Notes: generated from the sequence alone by a model not told the origin. Shown: positions 1 through 10,399, numbered from the stretch's first letter. The stretch: DNA of 14,118 bases from Octopus sinensis (GCF_006345805.1 NW_021825867.1:1-14118), one strand, 5' to 3'. Translations and numbers: made by a program.

Positions 1-284
1 TTTGCACAGATTACAGCAACAACGTGAGAGTCTCTTGCACCAGGTACACACAGAGTTACCACCCATGCTGATACTTTCCTTCATTCGATCATGATATTTT
101 TTATTTAGCGTTTTACTGTTTTTGCTACGGCCAATATGCTATGCACCACGTAATAGAAATATTAATAGAGATTGTTAAAAATCAAGTGATGCCTCTACCT
201 GAAGCTAAGACTTTAGACAGGTCAATCCTACTCGCATCTATTTGCATGCATACGCGCATACAAACGTACACAAACACACACGTG

Positions 285-314
285 TATAGACATATATACA
301 GACACACATACATG

Positions 315-365
<51 letters not shown>

Positions 366-392
366 AGAGAGAGAGAGAAAGAGAGAAAGAAA
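285..392. repeat. Compound microsatellite (TA)n-(TG)n-(AG)n
   Basis: Directly visible. Confidence 0.95.
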
Positions 393-689
393 ATATATGT
401 AGGGTAGAAAAATTATAGAAATTTTCTACCAGTGGCTAGCATGCATAAAATAGTCAATAGACAACATAATTTTCATATAAAATTACTATACACAAAAGAA
501 GTGACCCTAACAGGACACCTTACATGCTAAAAGGAGCAATAAAGCCCGAACCACAGTTATGAGTGATTTCGAAGGGGATGAAAAATAAATTCATTTTCAG
601 TAGTTATTACTTTCACATAGGTTTCGAACATTAATGAACAAATAAAATAATTTCGAAACTAGGTACAAGTGGTATAAATGTACACTAAT

Positions 690-722
<33 letters not shown>

Positions 723-730
723 ATATATAC

Positions 731-800
731 ATTCTTTATTCTTTTACTTATTTCACTCATTTGACTGCGGCCATGCTGGAGCATCACCTTAATCGAGCAA
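731..800 (-). mobile_element. SINE 3' tail fragment (octopus-type tRNA-derived SINE)
   Basis: ttatttcactcatttgactgcggccatgctggagcatcacctt is homologous to 2476-2520 and, inverted, to 3590-3615. It is truncated abruptly where the transposase remnant begins. Confidence 0.8.
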
Positions 801-802
801 AG

Positions 803-1455
803 AACATGGTGAATCAACAGAAATGTCTTTATTTGGCTCTTGAAAATCCGAGAAAACTGCACGAAAGACCACTGCACAGCCCAAAAATGACGGCCTGGTG
901 TGCTGTTGGAAAAGCTGCTGTCATTGGTCCTTAATTTTTTGAGGACAATTATGTAAATGCTGTTACTGTGAACTCCGAGTGTTACATCGAGATAATAAAC
1001 AACTTCTTTGCGCCTGAATTACGACGAAAATGTATGCCTATTGGATGTGTGTGGTTTCAGCAGGATGGGCCGACAACCCACACTGCCAAAACATTAATGA
1101 ACGACTCAGGTTCCAGGTTTCCTGATTTGTCCATGTGTGATTATTTCTCGTGGGGAAACCTCAAGGCACGTGTGTATGCGTATAAGTTCCGTACATTGGA
1201 CGAATTGAAGGAAGCTATTCGCGTGGATGTCGCCCACGTTGATCAAGCAATGCTAGAGAGAGTGGAAGCCAACTTTCAAGAACGCCTTCAGAAATGCTTC
1301 AATAAAAACAGATACTACATGATGGATATGTTTTTCCCACTTGATTTTAAAAAATGCTATTTCAATACGAACACATTGGTGTCAATAAAATTCGTTTGCA
1401 GCTACAATTAATATCGTGATTTTTCAAAAACATCCGTCCTCTCTGACCAACCCTG
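803..1455 (+). mobile_element. Tc1/mariner DNA transposon remnant, 3' half (catalytic domain of a D,D,D-type transposase plus right TIR), pseudogenised
   Basis: Frame from ATG 806 reads MVNQQKCLYLALENPRKLHERPLHSPKMTAWCAVGKAAVIGP*FFED...VTVNSECY...WFQQDGPTTHTA...PDLSMCDYFSWGNLKARVY, matching Tc1/mariner motifs (VNxQN.RYW..ENP, LHSPK.TVWC, IGPYFFE, WFQQDG, PDL..CD.F.WG.LK). It has one in-frame TAA, and only 24 aa separate the 2nd and 3rd D, implying an internal deletion. Ends in TIR 1422-1455 (...caaccctg). Confidence 0.92.
1422..1455 (+). repeat. Terminal inverted repeat of the Tc1/mariner element (right end)
   Basis: Reverse complement cagggttggtcagagaggacggatgtttttgaaa matches the TIR at 4167-4200 at 28 of 34 positions. 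Confidence 0.85.
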
Positions 1456-1661
1456 TGTTTTACTCTCTTTTTTTTCTAATTGTCTAAATCTCTCGTTCTT
1501 TTATCTTCATTCGAAATCTTTTGATTTTACTCCTCTCGTTGCTATTTTTTTCTTTCCTGTTCTCTCATTCTCTAGATGTCATTCTTTCTTTGCTCTTGCT
1601 TACAGGCTCTCTGATCTGGCATTATTGTTCCTTATTCTCACTCTCCTTCCTTTCTCAGGAA

Positions 1662-1731
1662 AGTAAAAACAGACGAAATACTGCTAAGCATTTCGCCGGT
1701 GTGCTAACGATTCTGCCAGCTCACCGCCTAA
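1662..1731 (-). mobile_element. 5' head fragment of a second SINE family
   Basis: Minus strand aggcggtgagctggcagaatcgttagcacaccggcgaaatgcttagcagtatttcgtc resembles the tRNA-like head of a common octopus SINE (recalled from memory); it abuts (TA)n. Confidence 0.6.
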
Positions 1732-1954
1732 TGCATATATATATATATATATATATCAACTAATGTAGGATAAATGTTTTTCGAAAAAAATTTTTATCAA
1801 TGGCCAGCATATCAAAAAATACCTTTAAAGGTAATTATTAAAATAACTTACAAAATAAGGGCAAAAGAAAAATTCCATGCCAAATATGCCGAAAAAGGAC
1901 AAAATTGTCAATAACCATTATATTTATGCGTCTCGAAACAAACCGATAAAAGGT

Positions 1955-2029
1955 GTATATATAATATATAGATATATATATATATATAATAATATATATA
2001 TATATACATACATACATACATATATACAT

Positions 2030-2080
<51 letters not shown>

Positions 2081-2158
2081 CATACACACACACATACATA
2101 CCATATATGTTATGTATATATATATATATATATATATAGATATAATATATAGATATAT

Positions 2159-2220
<62 letters not shown>

Positions 2221-2262
2221 GATAGATAGGTAGACGTGTGTGTGTGTGTGTGAGTGTGTGCG
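1955..2262. repeat. Compound microsatellite (TA)n/(CA)n/(GATA)n/(TG)n
   Basis: Directly visible; pure (GATA)n at about 2158-2220. Confidence 0.95.
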
Positions 2263-2451
2263 TGTTTGTCATTTTTATGAGAAGTTATATGTGAACACAA
2301 TTTAAGATTAAACTGGAAGATTGCTCAATGCATTTCAGTAGAGAACACATTAATTCATTACTATAACGGAAAACTTGACAGCCTGAAGAAGAGCAAGTCA
2401 AAGCTTCAAATTTACCAGCCTATTCCTGGTAAAATTACATATATATATGTA

Positions 2452-2692
2452 TTCTTTTATTCGTTCATTCATGTTCTTGTTTCATTCATTTGATTGCGAC
2501 CATGCTGGAGTACCACTTTAAAGGGTTTTAGTCGAAGAAATCCCCTCCCTCCAGCACTTATTACGCCTAGTACTTATTCTATTGGTCTCTTTTGCCGAAC
2601 CGCTACGTTCACCTACGTAAACACACTAGCGTCGGTTGCTAAGTGATGGCGATGGGGGTGGTGGTGCCAACACTGACAACACACAGACATAA

Positions 2693-2735
<43 letters not shown>

Positions 2736-2911
2736 TATATACATACAACGGGATTCTTTCAGTTTCCGACTACCAAATCCTCTCACAATGCTCTGGTCGG
2801 CTCGAAGCTATAGTGGAAAAACACTCGCCCATGGTGCCACGCAGTGGTACTAAATGCGGAACCATGTGGTTAGGAAGCAAACTACTTAACAACAGCCCAC
2901 GTCTTACACCT
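2452..2911 (-). mobile_element. Near full-length tRNA-derived SINE with internal (CA/TG)n
   Basis: Minus-strand head aggtgtaagacgtgggctg...ggttccgcatttagtaccactgcgtggcacc carries degenerate A/B boxes; internal (CA)n at ~2695-2730; tail catggtcgcaatcaaatgaatgaaacaag. Homologous segments recur at 731-800, 3445-3636, 12013-12292 and 12744-12895. Confidence 0.88.
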
Positions 2912-2968
2912 ATGTATATATATATATATAGATATATATATATATATATATAATATATATATATATAT

Positions 2969-3000
<32 letters not shown>
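2912..3000. repeat. (TA)n microsatellite
   Basis: Directly visible. Confidence 0.95.
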
Positions 3001-3001
<1 letters not shown>

Positions 3002-3207
3002 TTAATCCAAACATGAAACACAAAGGAAACACAACAACGCTGGGAGGACGTGGAAACAAATATTGTATTATTGGACGCTCAGGAAGGAAGGAAGAAGGAG
3101 GGTCTAACGTTTCGAGCGGAGCTCTTCGTCGGAAACATAGGAGAAGGAGAGATACAGAGAGGGAAGACAGAGGAAAAAAAAATCGCCAACGGTACCCCGC
3201 GGTCACA
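3001..3207 (-). mobile_element. ~207 bp hammerhead-bearing element in (TA)n, Penelope-like pLTR/non-autonomous derivative (copy 1)
   Basis: Aligns end to end, inverted, with 13343-13550 (shared blocks such as gttaatccaaacatgaaa, gtattattggacgctcaggaaggaagg, acgtttcgagcggagctcttcgtc, aatcgccaac, cgcggtcaca). Flanked on both sides by TA arrays. Confidence 0.8.
3102..3136 (-). ncRNA. Minimal type I hammerhead ribozyme motif, core variant (CCGACGA)
   Basis: Minus strand: GUUU CCGACGA A GAGC ucc GCUC GAAA CG UU AGAC. Stem I GUUU/AGAC (one G-U pair), stem II GAGC/GCUC, palindromic ACGU at stem III; U4 is replaced by C. Confidence 0.6.
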
Positions 3208-3213
3208 TTTTGA

Positions 3214-3411
<198 letters not shown>

Positions 3412-3444
3412 GGATGAATGGTATGTATACACACAGCTCGCACA

Positions 3445-3636
3445 GGTGTGTATGTGTGTTTGTATCTCTACCCCTCCGTTCGTCAATCCGTGCGGGTGTT
3501 TTTACCTCCCGGCAACTTAGAAGTTCAGCAGGAGATTCAGATAGAATAAGGACTAGCAGCAATCAATTTGTCCCCAAACCCTCCAAGATTGGCCGCAGTC
3601 AAATGACTAAAACTAGTGAGAGAGAAAAAGCAAAGT
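3445..3636 (+). mobile_element. SINE 3' half (diverged)
   Basis: gtgtgtttgtatctc...ggtgtttttacctcccggcaacttagaagttcagc...gatagaataaggactag...tggccgcagtcaaatgactaaaactagt is the reverse-complement homologue of 2470-2700. Confidence 0.75.
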
Positions 3637-3649
3637 AATACATATATAT

Positions 3650-4200
3650 ATTTGCCTCCAGAGTTGCTTCCATTTGACGTGCGAAGTTAAGCCACTGTGC
3701 ATAGTCCCATGGCTTCAACTGTTGCCCATTGACCAATTTGTACGGGTGGAAATGCAGATCTTTCCGATCGATTAGCAATGGCAAGTTTAGTGAAATGCTT
3801 CCGAGCAGAGCGATGCGGACTCCGTATGGAAGCTTATCAGACGCGTTCCACATTTTCTGGGGTCCGTACCGTTCATGGAGCTTCCACTAGTCTCCTATTC
3901 ATTAATGTACCTCGTGTACGAAGTGCATTCACCCAATATAAATTTGTGCTATGGGTGGGAACAGCCTGAGTTCGGTGAATGTTGAATTGGCGCTGAAACT
4001 CACGCTGAACACTTGTGACAGACTCATTCTTCACGTAATTGTCGTAGTCAAACACGCGATGCTCTAAGCGCCATAGCATCACCTGAAAAGAAAACAATTA
4101 AGACATCCAGGACCGAATGGTACCTGTCGGACATATGACCCTCCCTCTGGGGCTGAGTAATAGCCATTTCAAAAAAATTCGTCCTGTCTCTCCCACCCTG
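3650..4200 (-). mobile_element. Tc1/mariner DNA transposon remnant, 5' half (left TIR plus HTH/DUF4817-like N-terminus), pseudogenised
   Basis: Minus strand starts TA|CAGGGTGGG at 4202-4200. Translation: WRLEHRVFDYDNYVKNESVTSVQREFQRQFNIHR..VPT...RTRGT...*TVRTPENVERV**ASIRSPHRSARKH, then a frameshift to RKDLHFHPYKL...QQLKPWDYAQWLNFARQMEATLEAN. RTPENV, SP.RS.R and DLHFHPYK are typical of the family. Confidence 0.9.
4167..4200 (-). repeat. Terminal inverted repeat of the Tc1/mariner element (left end), flanked by TA
   Basis: Minus strand reads cagggtgggagagacaggacgaatttttttgaaa; TA target dinucleotide at 4201-4202. Confidence 0.85.
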
Positions 4201-4914
4201 TATGTGCAAGATTTAGTAAAAAGGAGTGAATGAATGAGTGAGAGAGTGAGTGAGCGAGTTAGTGGTTGACTGATTGTATGGGCAAAAGAATTTTACGAAA
4301 AAAGGAAATTTCTGTTGTATGAGTTAGTGAGGGTGCGAGTGAATGGAAATGTTCGTGTGTTCGAATGTTTGAGTGAAAGACTTCATTGGTGAAGGAAAGG
4401 AATAGTATTGACAAAATGGGTTGTGAAAGGTTAAGTGAAATAAGGTAGCGAGTTCGGTAAAGTGATTAAGAGAGAAGGAAAGGAATGAAAAACAATTGTA
4501 AAGAGAAAGGAAGAGCTAAGTGAGTGTAAGGATGAGTGGAATAACTGTGGTTGAAAAATAGGGAGGAGTGGAATGTGAGAATGAGAGAAAAGGAAGATAG
4601 TTTTAAGGAGAGATATAACACGATGAAGGAACGTTAGCATAAGAGAAAGGGATATGAAGGTAATGAAGAGATTGGCTAGATATACAGGTAGATAGAGAGA
4701 GAGAGAAGGGGAGAGTGGGAGGAGAGAGAGAGAGAGAGAAATAGTGTGCAAAAATAATAAGGGTTGGTTGGAATAGCGATTTGAAGAAAATATGATAGAA
4801 CATGGCATGGATGGAAAGAGAGAGAGAGAAGGGCAGAGGGAGAAAGAGGGAGAGAGATGACAGAGGTGGAGTTAAGCGGATGTAAGAGAGTGGGAGGGCT
4901 AATGAGAGAAATGT

Positions 4915-4968
4915 TGATGACGCTGGTGACGACGCTCATGATGATGACGATGATGATGATAATATTTT

Positions 4969-5004
<36 letters not shown>

Positions 5005-5007
5005 AAA

Positions 5008-5039
<32 letters not shown>
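4915..5039. repeat. Trinucleotide arrays (GAT)n, (TAC)n, (TAT)n
   Basis: Directly visible. Confidence 0.95.
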
Positions 5040-5614
5040 CTTTCACGTGTAATCAGTAAAACCGCGCTTAAACGCTTCCAATGATGCAGACGACACTGTC
5101 AGATAGCCATTCCTGACATGACGCCTGGCGGATTAAGGTATGATCAAGGAAAAGTAAATCCTATTTCACAGCGACGGTTCGGAATTGGAAGACAACAGAA
5201 CAAGAACAAGAACAAGCAAAAAGAAGAAGAAGAACAACAACAACGATGAAATAAATGAACAGCAACATAAATGAGAAGATGAAGAAGTAGAGCAGAGAAG
5301 AAATAAAAGAAGATGGAGGAGGAAAACGGAGAAGGAGAAGGAGAAGAAGAGTTAGAGAGAGAATTCACGTGAATAAAGTGAAGAAGAAAAAAAAAATCAC
5401 GGCAAAAACATCGTAAAGCAACAAACATCATCAAGAACAGTAGCTGCAGTGAATAATAACAACAATAATAATAATAATAACAGTAAGAAGAAGACAGAAA
5501 AGCACTTCAAGTAGAGAATTCAGAACCATGAGTAGTAAGTTTAAAAGGATGTTCTGTCATTATGGAGTGGTGGAGTGGAAGGAAAGAATAAATCTGAAAT
5601 ATCTAAGTAGGTGG

Positions 5615-5850
5615 GTATTCTGTCACATAGCCCTGCAGCTCATGGCAGATGGTGTAAGCCTGCGATCTGAAGTACTGTTCTAAACATGCCAGTTTCTTCT
5701 ACGAATAATATACTTTTCACAGCTTTCGTGTGACTTTTAGCAACACAACGTCGCACTGCATTTCCTTCAAGCAAAACTTAACATACTCTGCCAATAGCCA
5801 TAGATATGCGACTTTTCGATTGTCAGAGTAGATGATGCAGTGCAAAACTC
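5615..5850 (-). mobile_element. Highly decayed RTE-clade LINE fragment (region C-terminal to the RT core)
   Basis: Across frameshifts the minus strand gives, in the expected order, LHCIIYSDN (~YLGSIISSD), KSRISMAIGRV (~RI..A...FGRL), KAVKSILF.EET (~RAVV.S.LLYG.ETW), LEQYF (~LEQFH) and QGYVT (~WQDYVT). Confidence 0.45.
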
Positions 5851-5869
5851 CATGATGGCGGGCGGAGTA

Positions 5870-6122
5870 TGAAGGAAAGAAAGAAAGAAAGAAAGAAAGA
5901 AAAAGTGGGTGGCGATGGCGGTGATGGCGGTGGTAGTGGTTGCGGTGGTGGTGGTTGCGGTGGTGGTGGTTGCGGCGGTGGTTGCAGTGGTGGTGGTGGT
6001 GATGGTGACGGTTGAGTTGGTAGGAAGGAGATTTTGGAAAAATAGAAAGAGAAAGAAAGAGAGAGAGAGGAAGGGGGAGGAGAAGCGGAGAGAAAGAGGG
6101 AATGAGAGATACAAAGAAAGGG

Positions 6123-6157
<35 letters not shown>

Positions 6158-6197
6158 GGTGTGTGTATTCATGTGTGAACGTACGTATGTGTGTATG

Positions 6198-6234
<37 letters not shown>

Positions 6235-6260
6235 TTATATATATATATAGACAGACAGTC

Positions 6261-6328
<68 letters not shown>

Positions 6329-6420
6329 GCATACATACGTAAAGTAGATAAAATGAGGCGAAGTTAGATAGAACAGGTAAGAATGCGCGTGTGTATATAT
6401 ATATATATATATATATGTAT
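5870..6420. repeat. Compound simple repeats (GAAA)n, (GGT)n, (GA)n, (TA)n, (TG)n, (GATA)n
   Basis: Directly visible. Confidence 0.93.
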
Positions 6421-7001
6421 AGGTGAAGATGAAGGAGGCTAGAGAGAGGGGAGAGAGACAAAGGTATAGAGAAATATGGATTGGCACAGAGTTAGAAAGA
6501 AAAAGAGAGAGAAATTGAGTCAGAGAGAAGGAGTCAGAGCAAGAGGGGGACAGAGAGAGAGAGAGAAACGGAGACAGAGGAAAGACTTATGTTAGTGGTT
6601 GCCATTGGCGGGGAGGTCGAACTTATGATGTAAAATAGCAATCACGTTTTATTTTGTTAAAGTAGTTTTCAAGCTAAAATGTTAAAAGATTTCAACTTGC
6701 TTTGCCTCTCCCTTACCCTCCCCCTTTCTCTTTCTACTTACCTCCCACTTCCATGCTTTTCATTCATCGTATTTATCTACATAACCACTTATATTTCTTC
6801 TCCCCCTCTTTCTCTTTCTCTACCGTTCTTATTCGTCATCTTCTCCTGCCGTATATACATTGTCGCCGTCGTTAGCGTCGATGTCTTCGTTCTCTTCATA
6901 CTTTAAAATTTATCGATTCATCTTGCGGAATCTCTGAGTTTTCCATTTGTTCGACAAGAAACAAATATACAACACTTCTGGGTTTTTGGTTCCTCGCAGA
7001 C

Positions 7002-7022
7002 GTACATACATACATACATACA

Positions 7023-7056
<34 letters not shown>

Positions 7057-7467
7057 CATACATACATACATACATACGTACGTACGTACATACATACATA
7101 CGTATATACATACATACATACATACATACATTCATACATACATACATACGTATATACATACACACACACATACATACATACATACAAACATACATACATA
7201 CATACATACATACATACATACATACGTACGTACGTACATACATACATACGTATATACATACATACATACATACATGCATACATACATACATACATACATG
7301 CATACATACATACATACATACATACGTACATACATACATACATACATACAAACATACATTCATTCATACATACATACAAACACACATACATACATACATT
7401 CATACATACATACATTCATTCATACATACATTCATTCATACATACATACATACATACATACATACAT
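7002..7467. repeat. Long (CATA)n tetranucleotide array with variant units
   Basis: About 465 bp of CATA with CGTA/TATA/CATT/CAAA variants. Confidence 0.97.
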
Positions 7468-7782
7468 GTGTTAGTGTTAGTCTGTGTGTGTGTGTGTGCA
7501 TCTGTGTGTTTGTTGTGTATGTGAGTGAGTGGGTAAGTATGTACATACGCATTAAAATAAATATATGCATTTATGAACACAGTTACATTTATGCAAAATA
7601 TATGTATGCACGTATGTATGTATATGTATGTATGTGTGTGTGAGTGTGTGTGTGTGTGAGTGTGTGTGTGTTTTAAAGAATGTGTTTGCATGAACAATGC
7701 AAGAAGCAAGGATAGATAAACTGAAAGACATATATTTATATATTAGTATCTATGGATACATGTATATTAATACATATGTATG

Positions 7783-7824
<42 letters not shown>

Positions 7825-8183
7825 CTTGTATATATATATATATATCTATATGTATATATGTACGCATATATATATATATATACGCATGTATACATTCATA
7901 CATTTATATATATATATACATGCACAAACATATGTAGATATTAATGTATAAATATAAAGAGTGAGAGTGAAAGAGGGAGAGAGAGTGAGAATGAAACTAT
8001 ACAGATAGTTATCTATAAGTATAATAAATATATACAAACATTGATGTATTTTCCTATGTATAAGTGTGCATACATACATATATATATATGTATATATATA
8101 TTATATATATATGTATATATATATATATATATATATCTAAGAGTTATACGTTCTTGTCCATGTTGTATTTTTCTACATACCTT

Positions 8184-8215
<32 letters not shown>
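7468..8215. repeat. Degenerate (TG)n/(TA)n low-complexity region
   Basis: Directly visible; interspersed with short unique stretches. Confidence 0.85.
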
Positions 8216-9232
8216 TATCGGTATAAGAATATTCTTACCTGAATATATGCCAATGCGCGCGCATGTCAATGTGTGTGTATATTTGTGCGCGAGCGTTAAT
8301 TCTGATATTAAATGTAATAGGAAAATATCAAAGCAAAACGAACAACAAACAAAAAAAAGAAACAAGTCACAAACCTGTTTGACATTAGTAGCCAAGAGAG
8401 GAGATACATTTATTTGGAAAAGAGCAAATATGCTTTGAATTGCATATACCCTTCAATTTTGCAGAAATATATGCATGATATTTCATATTAAATGCCAAAA
8501 GCTCAGTGCAACTTAAAACAAATACGATTCTCTCTCTTCCTATATTTTATACATTTTTTTTTTCATATTCTTTTAATCACAGTACTTCTCAATCGCTTTC
8601 TCGGTCTCTTATCCATTGCATACATGCAGGCATCCACCCATCCATACACACATACACACATACACACAATACATACATATATTCGTAACATACCTATATA
8701 TCCATAACATATCCCCACACACACACACATATATATGCATCTATGTACATGCATATATGTATTTACGCATTTGTTAATACATATAGGTATATGTGTATAT
8801 TATGCATTTGTGTGCATATGTATGTTTGTATGTACATGCAATTTTTCTGGTTTTTCTTTTCTCTAGTTTCTTATGTTGATATTTATGTGTGATTTCCGTG
8901 CAACCAGATATTTTGTGGGGAGAGCTGAAAGTAATTTATCTAAATCCATCACCAATTTTACCAGTTCTTCATAGTCACACCTTATCGTTATTGACCTTTG
9001 TTTTTCGCTCTATTTAGTACTGAAAACCAACGTGCCTGGTGCAGAAATTACCACCGGAATTTCAATTTCAAATATTAGACGAATATATTGTTAACCAGGT
9101 GTTGATTTTAAATTGAGAATAGTGTATGTGATCTTTTTTTTTTGTATTGTGTTATGAGTATTACTTCCATTATTAGTTGTTTATGGCTGTATTTTCTTCT
9201 TTGTTTTATGGTATATCTTTTTATATATCATT

Positions 9233-9590
9233 TTATTACCTCCACCTTCTCTAAGGTGGGTGTATTATTTGCAGTCGTGTTTGTTTGTCTGTGGACAAGA
9301 TATCAAAAGAAACGCTGTATGGATTTAGATGAACCTTTCAGTGATGTTTGGTCTCGTGACTGGCACGAAATGATAAGATTTTGGGATCAATCCGGTACCG
9401 GACGAGGATTCTGGATTATTTTTCCTGTTTTTTTACTTAACTTTTTTGAGCTGTCGGGTTCATTTTTAGTATTCTCGTTTGTGAGAGCAATCGAGTTTTC
9501 TTTCAGATATTCTCATTTTAAAAATCCTCTCTGGCTAATCGTTGAGAGAACGTTGGTGTGCCCTGGCGGAGGTTTGCGCTCTCTGAGTGC

Positions 9591-9594
<4 letters not shown>
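9233..9594 (+). mobile_element. Helentron-associated non-autonomous element (HINE/DINE-1-like)
   Basis: Starts ttattacctccacc in a T-run. Subterminal inverted repeats acctccacc (9238-9246)/ggcggaggt (9565-9573); 5' stem-loop ccacctt-ctct-aaggtgg (9242-9259); short tgtt/tgtc repeat; internal palindrome tccggtaccgga (9391-9402); 3' hairpin gcgctc-tct-gagtgc (9576-9590) followed by a T-run. Confidence 0.75.

Positions 9595-9655
<61 letters not shown>
9593..9655. repeat. (TTA)n microsatellite
   Basis: Pure array directly after the HINE-like element. Confidence 0.97.
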
Positions 9656-9656
<1 letters not shown>

Positions 9657-10399
9657 GTGTTCATCTATTTTATGGCAATTTGTATTTGATTCACACAACA
9701 TATTTTACGTGCAATGTAATCCTTTTCGTATGTAGAGGTGTGGTGTTTGATGTAATTGTTGCATTTTATTTCCTTTTATATTACTCTATGGTTTGTAAGA
9801 GGATCAGTACAGCAAAATAAATTCCTTAACTTCTCATTACATCACTGAAATCAGAACAAATTTCATTTTTGACCATTGCACTAGCTACCACATAAATTGA
9901 AATACGACCAAAACAGAGAAACAAAAAATGCTTTGAAATCGAAGCACTCTGGCAAAATTCTAGAAACTCTGATAAATACAATTTCATAAATATAGGCGTA
10001 GCATAAATCAGCAATCAGCTGTATGATTAAAAGCATTTAAATATGGAACGTCATAAAAAGCCATTTAAGTAAACACTACAGAACAAATATTAGCCAGTTA
10101 ACTGTATATATTTCCATTAAATGTCTTCACTTGGTTGATACTAAGAGGGAAACGTTGTACTAACGGAGATGTTCAATAATATTACATTACTATAATGAAA
10201 GTACTGTTATTTTCAAAACAACTAAAAGAAGTTGCTCTCCAAACATACAGATATAAAACGTCTGGTTAAAACTGAAAAAAAAAAAAGACAAACGAAAAAC
10301 GAAAAACAGACGAAAAATGTATGACAGAATTCCGGAGGACACTGATCAAATGATGAATTTTCGCAGTAACTTAGGATATATAAAACGCACAAGCTGAAA

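Noticed and set aside
968-1411. 147-aa ORF as a functional transposase gene
   Set aside because: It has an upstream in-frame stop, lacks the first catalytic D and N-terminus, and has a deletion between the 2nd and 3rd D.
2820-2911. tRNA gene
   Set aside because: It is a degenerate tRNA-derived SINE head with no cloverleaf.
3013-3213. Basic Arg/Gly-rich 66-aa ORF in the hammerhead element
   Set aside because: The frame is not preserved in the second copy (indels); the composition reflects purine richness.
9142-9735. 197-aa hydrophobic ORF as a membrane protein
   Set aside because: It runs through T-rich sequence, the HINE-like element and (TTA)n; the hydrophobicity is compositional.
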